A model generated the notes under the pieces. That model searched no databases. It had not been told where the DNA came from and was given only the letters and a program-made list of their open reading frames with translations. 64,000 bases of DNA. It comes from Podarcis melisellensis (lineage: Eukaryota). The translations under genes were made by a program, and so were the position numbers. Positions 1 through 11,627 of this stretch are shown here, in pieces (the first letter of the stretch is position 1; each line of letters begins with the position of its first letter). The stretch is taken from NCBI GenBank assembly GCA_964234715.1, contig OZ174278.1; one strand, 5' to 3'.

Positions 1-95
1 TCTGGCTGGATTGCCCTAGCCACTCTGGGTGGCTTCCAACATATATGAAAACATAACAAAACATCAAACATTAATAACTTCCACTTACAGGGCTG
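1..95 (-). mobile_element. LINE (L2-like) 3' tail fragment
   Basis: Reverse complement of the tail at 712-940 (atgttggaagycacccagagtgrctagggcaa). Confidence 0.6.
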
Positions 96-334
96 CCTGT
101 ACCCAATGGTTTCTGCCTTTAGTTTGAGTATTATACTAGCAATCTTTGATTCAGGAGACAAGATGGAACTCTAATAATTACATTAAAATGGTAACAATGG
201 CACAATCTCTCTCTCTTTTGTACAGAAAATGGAAAAATGGATTCTGGATGTCATTTTAACACCCATCCCAATTTTGTCATTTTCTCTTGTAGGGATCAAT
301 ACCATCTCATAGCATGAATCCTTCCCCACCTCTT

Positions 335-348
335 GTTTCCATGGCAAC
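335..348 (+). promoter_or_regulatory. RFX X-box motif GTTTCCATGGCAAC, with AP-1 TGACTCA at 402-408
   Basis: Full match to the GTTNCCATGGNAAC consensus; function untested. Confidence 0.5.
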
Positions 349-538
349 GCCTAGCAGTCAGGATTTTAAGGCCTACTGAAGGAGTGCCATACATACTTAG
401 GTGACTCATAAATGGCATGCTGTTTTTTGACTATGGAGCTGGAAGACTACAACTGAAGTGGTATTTCGGGGCAAAGTCACAACTATTTGATTGGGTCCTG
501 CACTCATAAAGGACTGCCTCCTTTTGTATCAGCCTTCC

Positions 539-976
539 CAGACCCTCTAAGTGTCCGTTTTCCAAGGACAGTCCCGAATTTACAGAAGCCATCCTGGTTT
601 CTGATTTGATCCCAGAATGTCCATCTTTTCCTTAGGACATCCCTATTCTTATCCCGAGCTAAGGAGATAAGTAGCTATGCAACCTTTAGAAGACATCTGA
701 AGGCAACCCTGCTTTTTAATGTTTAATTATGTTTTTATATGTTGGAAGTCACCCAGAGTGACTAGGGCAGGCATGGCCAAACTTGGCTTCCAGATGTTTT
801 GGGACTACAATTCCCATCATCCGTGTTAGCTAGGGATGATGGGAGTTGTAGTCCCAAAACATCTGGAGGGCCAAGTTTGGTCATACCTGGACTAGGGCAA
901 CCCAGCTAGATGGGTGGGGAATAATAACAATAATAATAACGTCCTTATTTTCATCAGAGAAATGTTGGAGGGCATG
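539..976. mobile_element. Composite non-autonomous hAT-like element containing a LINE tail (712-940) and a nested MITE
   Basis: Termini cagaccctctaag...ttggagggcatg are imperfect inverted repeats; gtccc/gggac-rich subterminal motifs. Confidence 0.55.
768..889. mobile_element. Palindromic hAT (Charlie-type) MITE
   Basis: TIR caggcatggccaaacttgg/ccaagtttggtcatacctg; perfect 8-bp TSD GACTAGGG at 760-767 and 890-897. Confidence 0.9.
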
Positions 977-2159
977 CCTTCCTGCTACCTAAAATCTAAT
1001 AGTGAGGCTGTTGTTTGTGTCCCATCTATGATAGAAGCACAGTTGGCTGTGATAATAGTTAGGGCTTCTTCATTGGCTCAACTCAAACTGTGGAATACCT
1101 TGTCCCATGAAGTTTAGGTGGTCCATGTTTAATCACCTTCTGCTGACTATTAAAGACTTTTAAAAAATCTGTTATGCATGCACACACCCATAAAATGTAT
1201 ATTGTAGGAAGCATCCCACAGCTATTGAAGATTTCTTCTTGTCTCATCCTGGTAAACTTGTGTCTACTTCAACTGTGTAAAAACATTGACCAGTCCTTCA
1301 TGGAGTACAGCACTTGACTCTACATTCACATTTGTACCAGTCTTCACATACTTCTCTCAGAACAAATTTGAGAGTTTAAAAATAAGCACTCCAAAGGGCT
1401 AGGAAAAAAAAAAATCTTTGCGGAACAACCACATGGGGTAGAAATAGCTTTTTAAACACTTGTACATGCAACATCTCCTTGCCAGCTGCCAGATGTCAAC
1501 CCACAGCTGGAAACATATCCATGCCTGCAAATTCAAGCTGTGAAAAACACTTCACAGCTGTAGTTATGGTAAAGTCAGAATCCATACTTGGTAGGAATAT
1601 CATGCAGGTGCTTCTGTCTGGGAGAACGGATCTTCGGAAGTCTATAACCCAAACCCACCCACACACATAAAAGCACTTAGCACAGAAAGCCTCTTTTGAA
1701 TCATTTCCATCTTGGCAGATTTCAGATCCCTAATGTTTCCTGCACTCTGTGGACACACTCAAAACAACATATGCCTCAAGTGACTGTACCACAGAAGGTG
1801 AACCACAGACTGAAGGGTGACGGCATGCTCATTAGAATTCACATGCTTCGACAATCAAACTGTTCTTGAAACAATTATTCCACTTGCCTCGGAACTTTTC
1901 TGACTGAACTTTTCGGTAAATGTTGTTCTGTTGCATTCTTGATTCCTCCCTCTTTTTTGTTGTTGTTGATGACACATTACCACAGTCTATCAGAGCTTTT
2001 TTTTTTAAGGTAAAAGCCCCAAAGAACAGTGTTTGGGGCGTACCTCAGCTGGTCCCACACTGAAGGGCTCCTCAAGGGAATCCACAACATGCCCTTGATC
2101 TGTGGAGTGTCCAATTTGTCCATTAAGGACTCGGTATCAGGACCAGGCATGACAAACAT

Positions 2160-2260
2160 TAGGAAAACATGCCTAACAGTGGAGCAGGCTGCCTCTGAAA
2201 GTGGTGGACCTGCCTTAGCTGAAGGTTTTTAAGCATAAGCTGGATGGCTGCCTTCAGGGA
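2160..2260 (+). mobile_element. Degenerate CR1 LINE 3' fragment
   Basis: cagtggagcaggctgcctctgaaagtggtgga...aggtttttaagcataagctggatggc resembles the CR1 ORF2 end. Confidence 0.55.
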
Positions 2261-3077
2261 CATGGTCATTCCATCTAGCCTTATAGATCTTGCATTGAAC
2301 AAGCTCATCATCCCTGACCACTAGTTTTGCTAGCTAGGGATCATGGGAATTACAGTCCAAAAATAGCTGGAGACCCACCCAAGTTTGGGAAACACAGGAC
2401 TAGACAATCTCCAAAGTACCATCCAACTCCTATTGTCAGCAATTAGGTAGAAACACTCAAGGGAGAAGGGTGAGGATGGTGGACCAGAACACTGTCCATT
2501 CCCCCAAATCACCACTTATTTTCTTTTACCTCTGAGCTGCCCTCAGAGCACACAGCTGGCCAGATTTGGCTCAGGGGCTTCCAAGTGGAGATTCTTCACC
2601 TACAAGTCCTGCATGTGAGTGAATCTTTGGGTTTCATCCATGAGCCATCTCCACATACTGTGCTGCCGCTTTGCAGCTCCCTGCACTTCCATGCGCTCCC
2701 TTACCTGCTGACTGAAATAAAACAAGCACGCTGACGAAATGTGTCTTCAAGATGATAGAACCGCTGTTGGCGGAGTGCTGTGTTATTTCCTCTGGAGCTG
2801 GAGAGAGTGAGTGGTGGGAGGGGGAGGCAAGCATTCAACAGGGAGAACTTCCCCTCCAAATAGCCCTCAATGTACCTGACAGTCTGCGATCCCCTCCCTG
2901 GGGTGTTTCTTTAGGTACAATTAAGATTTCTGTGCTGGTGGAGGAAGCTCTGATGTTACTGTGTGAGCATGGGAGAAAGAGAGAGGGGGGGGGGAGAGAG
3001 AGAATGAGAGTTGGGAAGGATGGAGAAATGAGCAGCAAGGCGTATCTCAGGCATTTTGTTCTGCTGCCCGGGATATT

Positions 3078-3082
<5 letters not shown>

Positions 3083-3119
<37 letters not shown>
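3083..3119 (+). repeat. (CT)n microsatellite
   Basis: Seen directly. Confidence 0.95.
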
Positions 3120-3121
<2 letters not shown>

Positions 3122-3458
3122 TGAAGGTAGCTGTGGAGAGAGGAATGGGTGAGCTCGTCTTTCCTCCTGTGAATGCAGTTGTAACAGGGTTGAGGCATCA
3201 CATTCACAAAGAGCATCACTCTCTCTCACCTCCCTCCCACCACCACCACCAGCAGCCCCCTTGAGTGATTTCTCTGGAGAGACATTACTGCTTTTGCCCA
3301 TCAGCCAAAGTTGGAGGGTTTCCATGACGACCAGGCAGCTGGTGTCTAGACACAGTGAGAGATGCCTTGCAATGGAGCTGTGGTGCTCTCGCTTCCCTTC
3401 TCAACCCATACATACAAAAGCACACGCCCTGTGTTGCCTCCCTCCTCCTCCCCATTTA

Positions 3459-3460
<2 letters not shown>

Positions 3461-3500
<40 letters not shown>
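3461..3500 (+). repeat. (AC)n microsatellite
   Basis: Seen directly. Confidence 0.95.
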
Positions 3501-3502
<2 letters not shown>

Positions 3503-4549
3503 TGGTGTTTCTATTCCACAATCTTTAGCAAGAGGAAAGGATGGTGCAAGAACACCAAACAGAGCCTCCATCTACTCAGATTAATGATGTCAGGAGGATG
3601 TTGCTTCGATGGATTTGGAGAGTGCTTAATTGGGTCAGGAAACAGCAAGCATCTCTCAGGATAGCACAAAGAGCTCCCTACCTCCCTTCTGCTCTTCTGT
3701 TAGGTTGAGGAAAATAGGTACATTAGAGAACACTTTTGTGTGGGGGACGGGGAAGGAAGGAATAAAGTGTGTATAATATACATTTTTGGGGGGAGCATAC
3801 AAGGTAATTCCTAAAAACTGGTCACCTGAAGTACAGTTAGCCCAAGATGATGCATTTATTCTGCAACAATCAACCTGTTTTATTGAATCTGTTATTTTCA
3901 GCTCTTTATTTGCTTTACTTTTAAATATATTTTTATTCCCCCTTTCTGCCAAGGTGGTTTGCATTTTATAACCATAGCTTCTAATCAAAGAGACATGATA
4001 CAGAGTTGGGAGGTTAGAGGAAGCCAAGCAAATTCAGACAACAGTTATTTCATACTGGTTGCATAATCCTATACATGCCTACTCTGAAGTAAGTCCTGTG
4101 GGGTTTCATGGGACTTACTGCACCTGACCACAGGTGACCACCTGACCTTACTGCATAGGACCACAACGAAAGCTATAGAAGGATCAGGTGAAATGGGCTT
4201 TCCGGAGATGTTTCCTGGAGAGGAGAAGCTAAATCCAGAAGTGGCTTTCTGGGTTGGGTGCAGCCACAATGCTACCTTCCTGGTACGTGTGCCACTGCTG
4301 CTTTCTAGGAAGGAGGTGGGTGGGAGATTTGTGCAGTGCAGACACATCTGCAGGAATCATGGATTGGCTCCACTGGTGCATTTGCACCACACTGACCTTC
4401 CTGCCCCTCGTTGGCTATGCTGTGCTTCCATGATCAGAAACATTAACACAGGCTTTACTGATGTTCTTAACAGTGACCCAGCTGCCAGAAAGCTAGTGTT
4501 GCAGCTCCATCTCACCTGAAGAGCCCCTTCCGCCCAAATCCCCATTCTA

Positions 4550-4880
4550 TCTGAAAGAGATGTAGCTGTGTCAGTGCTGAACTAGTGCCTGCAGGTGGTA
4601 ATGGGCTGGATAAGGCCTGAAAACATTAAAGCTGACAAGATGGAGGTTCTGTTGTATGTCCAGAAATTGGGTGTTTCGCTTGTTCTGGAAGGAAACACAC
4701 TCATCTTAAATGAGCAAGTAGGTAATCTGTGGTTGCTGCTAGATCCATCTCTGTCACTGGAGGCCCAGGTAGCATTCATGGCAAGCAGTGTGTATTTCCA
4801 TTTTTTGTCATTCTTGGACCACAGGGTTGCAAGCTCCAATAACTTCACATGTCAATTCTTATAATCTGCTACATTGGGCT
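4550..4880 (+). mobile_element. Degenerate L2 LINE ORF2 fragment
   Basis: Translation VMGWI...DKMEVL...QVGNLWLLLDPSLSLEAQV...YFH parallels the L2 copy at 49009 (KTEVL...VKSLGVILDTSLSMEAQI...FFHL). Confidence 0.75.
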
Positions 4881-5329
4881 ACACTGGAAGACATACCCTC
4901 CAACATGACGTGGCCCAAAACTGGGGCACCATCTTCTGGGTCTGCAGTTCCGCATGAGTCACGTGACCTGTGTGAGATCAAGGCCTCACAGAAAGTGTTT
5001 TCTTTTCAGGCACAGTGCCATGCAAAATTGCTGCCCCCCAAAGGCCTGGAAAAAGTGGGGGAAGCCATTTAATAAATATTATTGACATTAATTTATTAGT
5101 AGCCTGCTATATAATCATTTCAAGGCGATGAAGAATAAAACCAGAATAAAAAAACAGCTAAAAACACATAAATTAAGTTCCAATTTTAATCAATTCTTAA
5201 AGGGGAAAAAAATCATCTAATATGTTGATGCCATAAAACATCCTTGCTTTTCATTACAAAATCTCACCATTATTATTTCTGTAGACTTTGGTATACACAA
5301 GCAGATATCCAGTGGCCATTTAAGAATGT

Positions 5330-5685
5330 TTGTTGTTGTTGTTTAGTCGTTTAGTCGTGTCTGACTCTTCGTGACCCCATGGACCAGAGCACGCCAGGCA
5401 CTTCTGTCTTCCACTGCCTCCCGCAGTTTATTCAAACTCATGCTGGTAGCTTTGAGAACACTATCCAACCTTCTTGTCCTCTGTCGTCCCCTTCTCCTTG
5501 TGCCCTCTATCTTTCCCAACATCAGGGTCTTTTCCAGGGAGTCTTCTCTTCTCATGAGGTGGCCAAAGTATTGGAGCCTCAGCTTCAGGATCTGTCCTTC
5601 CAGTGAGCACTCAGGGCTGATTTCCTTCAGAATGGATAGGTTTGATCTTCTTGCAGTCCATAGGACTCTCAAGAGTCTCCCACTA
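5330..5685 (-). mobile_element. 5'-truncated BovB (RTE clade) LINE
   Basis: ORF C-terminus WTARRSNLSILKEISPECSLEG...LQYFGHLMRREDSLEKTLMLGKIEG...WRALVHGVTKSQTRLND; (CAA)n tail; 13-bp TSD CATTTAAGAATGT at 5317-5329 and 5686-5698. Confidence 0.95.
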
Positions 5686-8600
5686 CATTTAAGAATGTAG
5701 TGTTTAGTTAATGCAGCTCCATTGAACTTGGCAGAGCCATTAGCCTGTTTGTTCTTAATTACCATGAGAAACAAATCATATTGGGTTATGAGAGAAATAT
5801 CATTGGCTAAGGTTCTTTCCAAGGCCTTGGCTTTCCCACTTCTTTTTTAGATGTGCTGCAGTTGTAATTCACCAAACAAAAGATAGTTCCTAGAAGCAAA
5901 TATGGGTTATGAAGCTGGCTTGTTTAACTAGCCATTTTTTAAAGCAAACCAGGATTCCTGGATTGTAATGCTAAGTTGGCTCTTGGAAAGTTAAACTAAA
6001 CTAGGAGAAGTCTTCCTGCATGCAAGGGATGGGAAGGGGGAATACACCTGCCTGACACTTCGCTTGGGCTCTTGGGAGGTTCATCAACATAATGCTAAAC
6101 CATAGTTTAACGTTACATGTGAATGCAGCCATTAGCTTTACTAGTCCTAGGCAAATACAAGGCTAGGAACAGATGAATGCTCACCTGATGAAATGTGGCT
6201 AGATTTGGCCCACAGATTTTCTAATGGAAATCTTGCCTCTAGGAAAGTGAAGTTCCATTGACTTCCAATTTGCTGTGCCTTAGATCCAGGGATAAAAGCA
6301 CTGTTCTACTTTCCTAATGGTCAGAGCAAAGGTCAAGGTGGATGCAAGCCAATCAAGTGGTTGATGCTGAGTGCCAAGGGAATTGTAATGGCTGTTTCCG
6401 AGTGAGCAGTGTCAACAATAAATATGAAAACCATGAAGGACAAATCCTCTGAGGCTGTTGGAAGGAATCTAGAGTGCTGATATGATTTATTTCTACTGGC
6501 ACTGTGGTTGATCATTTAAAGATCCCACAGATATAAAAACAAAACCATAAGCCACCAGCCACAAAAAGAAAGTAAGATCAGTGGCAATGTGCTATTGTCT
6601 GCTTCAATTTAATTAATCCTGGCAAGTCAAAGAGGGCTGGGCAGATCCCAAGAGACTGTCTTTTACCCAGAAATCCACTCAACCTAATTTCACCAATGTA
6701 GGGCAGCAGAAGGACTTGGCGCTCAGCCTACAGGCCATTAGCACATAGTGGAGATGGAGACAGCTGGGAATGCTGCCCTCAGTTGGAACTGGTGCCCCCC
6801 CACCTGACTCAGTTTTATAGCAACCAAGTTTGTATTTATTCACAGCACTCATTCATTTCCTGATAAATGAATGTGCACATCCTCCTTGTCCTTTCAAGGA
6901 ACTACAAAGTGCACCAAGAAGCAAGGTTCTTAAAAAGCTGTGCCAGCAGGATTTTGCCATATCTGCTCAAGGCCTCTTTGTTTACTGTAGTATGATACAG
7001 AAGAGTGCTGGTGATTCCCAGGTGAAGGAAGAGCATTGGTTATTGGAATCTCCATGCACTAGAAAAAGTAAACTCTGTGTTAATCACCTATCAAGTTGTT
7101 CCTTGGTTCAGAGAGAAAATGTTGAGATTGCTCGAACTGGGAATGGGTGCGGAGGCAGAAGTGGGTATTGAAAGTAAATGTAGATTACTGCATTGTTGGG
7201 AGTGAAAGCTAATTCAGTGCCCATCATTTACAATTCTTCCACAAACCATGGTTTGGGAAGCAGTGTTATTAAACCACAAAGGGATAAGATGAACTCTCCT
7301 GGATCAGACAATGGTCCATGTATTGAAGCGTGCTGTTTCCAACAGTGGCAAAGAGGAAGTCCATGGAAGGGCTATTACAGGCAGGCAGACAGAGGAGGAA
7401 GTCTATTTTCCCTGAATGTGCAAGGACATTTGCCCACCAAATTGTAATTCTATGCATCTTCAACTAAAACCCAATAATTCTTTTCTATTAAAAGTCCCAT
7501 GTTCCCAGGTGAACTGACATGAAAAAGTCCTGCATGCCAAAATGAAGGGATTTCCCAAAGGCCAAAGTTACTTTGGAAGAGCTGTCAATGGCACCAGTGC
7601 AAGTAATGCTCCTTTGCTTTGGTTCAGGGAAACCTGGCTTTTTCTCACTTCAGTCTTACAAACCCGATCTCTTCTGACTAGATGTTTCTGTCACCCAGAT
7701 CACTTTCTAGTTTGTTTACCTACAGTTGCTTCCATTATTATTTTGGTCTTTAGAGGTGACCCAATAGTAATAGCTTAATTTTTCTATTATACTGTGCATG
7801 CCCTCTGTATCCAATCCCTTCTGCCATGCCCCCTCCCCTGCTCTATTTAATGTTGCTCAGTGTAATGAATTAATTCAGCGTAACTATCATTCCCAGTTTC
7901 ATACAGTCATCAGCTTCTGTTGGAATCTCCATTTCTCCCATAACTATGCCTAGAAAGGATAAAGAAGTCAGCAAGGCATGAGACTAGGACATGTAGGAGA
8001 TATGGGGGCACCAAAGTGGGGTTCTTCCCAAGCCATCCCCTTCACTGCCTCTGCTTCACACACCTCTTTGAATGTGTCATTGAACTCTAATAATACCTTT
8101 TGCGTGCCTGGATGCAGAAGAAAGAGATAGGTGTGTGTATGTGTGTAGAAACTAGCCTACTGTACAAAGATAACATTTAGATGCATTGCCACACACACAC
8201 ACACACACACACACTTGCCTTTGGCTCTGCCCACCTCTGCAAGAAGGGGAAATGTTTTTTTAAAATACTGTGGCCTTTTAAATGTGTTTATGGAAGAGGG
8301 TTATTGGTCTGTTTTTATTATGTATTTTGTGTTCTCATTTTGCATTTTTATGTTGTGAACCATTTTATGATCTTTGGGTGAAGGGTAGTAGACAAATTTA
8401 ACAAATAATAATAATATGGCGCTTGGTCTTGCTCACCTCCTATAAATTCAGAAACTGGTGCCACGTCAAGTTACAAAGCAAAAGGATTCTGTGTTGCCAA
8501 TTCAACATGAAGCTGTTGTTTTTGGGTATACAGAGCTAGGTCCGCATTGCCAATTTCTAAGACTATTGGTCTACACAATTTCTAAATCCATGCACACACA

Positions 8601-9057
8601 AACACACAACAGCTAGGCCCAGGAGCTTTCTAACCTGCATAGAATTAGTGTATTGAAGTTCCTTTATAACAAGAACAAGTAATGTGTGCCTCAGTCAGCC
8701 ATTCAAGTGAACACGTAGAGGCTTAAAGTGGAGAGGGGATGAGGTGCACATGAAAGCCCCATTTCCAGAGTTGCAGAGCTCAGCTGGAATCCTCCATGCA
8801 ATCAGAAGAGGGGGCTCAATATGCTTAGCCAAATGTTCAGCCAAATGTGCTTAGAAGCCATCTTTCCCTGCTAAGGCCTGAAATGGAGCCTTCACATGGG
8901 GGGGGGGCATTGGGAGGGGAGCATTCCGCCAACCTTCTTCCTAGCTTCAAGGTCATTCACTTGAACACCCAAATATGTCGCTCAACCTAATTTCCCCACT
9001 AGTGTCAATGTGTGAATCGAGGTTGTATTTACAACTTTGCGTTTGTATACCTTTCAG

Positions 9058-9146
9058 ATGCTGTAGAAGAAACCAAACCTTCTGAAAGTGCCCAGCAGGA
9101 AGAAGCGAAAGAAGACGAGAGCAAGGCGGACCAAGAAAATGCCTGA
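9058..9146 (+). CDS. GAP43: GAP43 (neuromodulin) last coding exon, phase-1 start, (D)AVEETKPSESAQQEEAKEDESKADQENA*
   Basis: Acceptor ...gtttgtatacctttcag|AT at 9056-9057; the translation matches the recalled vertebrate GAP43 C-terminus (human ...[28 protein letters not shown]); TGA at 9144-9146; followed by a recognisable GAP43 3'UTR. Confidence 0.97.
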
Positions 9147-9835
9147 ACATTAAGAAATGACTCCCTGTTGCCCTGTGCCCCCTTCCTCTTTCCCCGTATC
9201 TCCCCTCCCTCCCTCGTTCCAATCTCACCCTCTCCCGCTCGCCCTTGGGCTGAGTCTGTCTGTCTTCCTTGTCCCCTCCGCGCCCCCCACCCTTAACCCT
9301 TTTTCTCTCTGTGTGGCAAACATTTAAAGAAAAAAAAAAGCAGGAAAAATCCCAGTCAAACAGTGTGGCTTAAACATTTTGTTTCTTGGTGTTGTTATGG
9401 CGAGTTTTTTGGTAATGATGATCCAATCATTTTGGGAAAATTCTTGCACTGTATCAGAATTGTTTGATCTGCGCGTGCGTGTGTTTGTCTGCCCACCACG
9501 AGTGCGCTCTCTCTCTCTCTCTCCTTCTCCCTCTCTCTCTCTCTGTTCCAAGTGTGTGCGCAATGTTACGTTCATCTGAGGAGTCCAAACCTATTGAGTG
9601 AGTTAAGGAAAGGAAAAACAAAACAAAAAAGAGAATGAACATTTTTCTTTTCTTTTCTCCCCTTTTCAATGTGATGATGGTGATGATGGTGGAATGAACT
9701 AAAGGAGGCAAAACAAACAAAGCAAAAAAGGAAAAAAGAAAAAAAGAAAACGGAAAACACAGAATGAGAATACAACCCCGGTTTGTTTTTAAAAAATAAT
9801 AAAATAAAATAAAGCAAATGTGCCAATTAGCGTTA
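9147..9835 (+). other. GAP43: GAP43 3'UTR with pyrimidine/U-rich elements
   Basis: Blocks resembling the recalled mammalian GAP43 UTR (gtggcaaacatttaaag, gtttcttggtgttgttatgg, ctctgttccaagtgtg...gttcatctgaggagtccaa, aataaagcaaatgtgccaattagcg); 3' end is approximate. Confidence 0.88.
9798..9813 (+). terminator. GAP43: GAP43 polyadenylation signal (three overlapping AATAAA); a further AATAAA at 9875-9880
   Basis: AATAAAATAAAATAAA seen directly, followed by gcaaatgtgccaattagcg. Confidence 0.85.
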
Positions 9836-11142
9836 CTTGTGACTCCCGGCTCCTTTTTCAAACTGCAGAATGACAATAAAGGAGAATAATTATGATGGTA
9901 TCACTGTGATGCATTTCTGTAGCACATTATATTTCAGTGGATCTTGTGTGTTTTGTGGGTAGAAATTCATTCGGGTGGTTATCAGTATACCAGACATGCT
10001 TCAATTTTTATGCGGATAACTTTTCTAAGGAGCAGCATATGTTAGAATGGCCACAGAAGTGCAATTTTCAGTCTGACATACACCAATTAAGGATCAGTTT
10101 TTTTATGCACATAGCAGACTGAAATTACTACGGCACATAGGTTCATCCATTCTGACATAACAAGATACATGTAGCATCACATACTGCACAGTTTTTCTGT
10201 TCCATCTGCAGTCACAGAAGATGGATGATTTAGGATCACCTAGTCGTTCCTTGTACACTTTCAGTGAAAATGAATGTCTGACAGATGTCAATATTGTATG
10301 TCAGGTGTTAGCTAGGGAGGGAGGAGTAATCATCAGAAGGTCCCAGGGCAGGTTACAGCAATACAAAACGTACCATTAAAAACAGATTAAAACAAAATTA
10401 CAATCACAATTAGAGTTTAGATAGATGATAGATAGATAGTCAAAGTAAGGTGCAATGAAGGTGTCAGACAAAGCTCTGTGGAGTAGGAATTCCACAATGT
10501 AGGGGCTGCCACAGAGAATGCCCTTTTCTGCGTCACCACCCCATTAATCTCTGAAGGCTTCCTGAAAATGAATGCCAAAATACAGCTTTTTTTGGGTTGT
10601 GTTTTTTTTGGAAATTTGCACTTCTCCAAATTTTGTGATGCATTTCTCCAACCAAATGCATAAGAGAACATGTAGATTTGGGGAAAGCATGCCTAAAATG
10701 CATATATTTATGAAAATGGCATATGAAATGCATTGTATTGGGAGAAGTTGGTTGCAAAAGTGTGGGCATTGCATACAAAATATTAGGAGGAATGCACCCT
10801 TAAAAAAAAAAATCACAAGCATTTTTTTTGGGGGGGGGGAATCTGCCACTGATGTGGAAATGGGGATAACAGAATTGATTATTAGAAAAACAAGAAACAG
10901 AAAATGACAGTTTTGTCCATCTCTAGCATTAGCAGACTTCAGGCTTCTGGAAACTCCAAGAACCAGCAACTGTAGCCGGTGGGAAATAGTCCCTGGAGGA
11001 AGGTAGACCCAATTACCTACTGCATCTCATGAGCTACATGCCCCCTTGGACAAGTACAGTTCTACAGCTGATTTATTTCAGATCTACCTTCTGACCATCC
11101 CTGCTCTATGCAACTTCGGTCTCAACTTCCTGTAGCTTTACA

Positions 11143-11156
11143 GAGCCCTCTGCTGG
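11143..11156 (-). promoter_or_regulatory. CTCF-like motif, reverse orientation (CCAGCAGAGGGCTC)
   Basis: Close match to the CCASYAGRKGGCRS core. Confidence 0.5.
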
Positions 11157-11398
11157 TTAGCTGCTAATTTGCAACAGAGGGAAATGTTTATTAGGCAGCG
11201 GTAGAAGGAAAGCACCGTAGAAGTTACAGAGACTTACTATAGTTGATGAAACAGGTGGGTCTATATAGTCTAGAAATCTGACTTAGCCATTAGCAAATTC
11301 CCACTATTTGACGGAAACATATGTCTCCTATAATGCTTGTAGGTGTTGTGAATGAGTAGTTCAGTATCCCAGTTATGTACAGGTTAGCTTTAGGAGTA

Positions 11399-11627
11399 CA
11401 GTGGTACCTCGGGTTACATACACTTCAGGTTACAGACTCCCCTAACCCAGAAATAGTACCTCGGGTTAAGAACTTTGCTTTAGGATGAGAACAGAAATCG
11501 TGCTCCGGCAGCTCAGTGGCAGCAGCGGGAGGCCCCATTAGCTAAAGTAGTGCTTCAGGTTAAGAGCAGTTTCAGGTTAAGAACAGACCTCTGGAATGAA
11601 TTAAGTACTTAACCCGAGGTACCACTG
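11399..11627. mobile_element. Tc1/mariner (Tigger-like) MITE
   Basis: TIR cagtggtacctcgggtta/taacccgaggtaccactg; TA TSD; same family as 20625-20865. Confidence 0.92.

Noticed and set aside
2752-3664. Overlapping ORFs of 100-170 aa
   Set aside because: They run through (CT)n and (AC)n microsatellites (SLSLSL, HTHTHT), resemble no protein and lie inside the GAP43 intron
4564-4581. REST/NRSE-like motif gctgtgtcagtgctgaa
   Set aside because: Spacing and the GGACAG half-site are wrong, and it lies within an L2 remnant
5343-5822. 159-aa ORF as a host gene
   Set aside because: It is the BovB ORF tail fused by chance to flanking sequence
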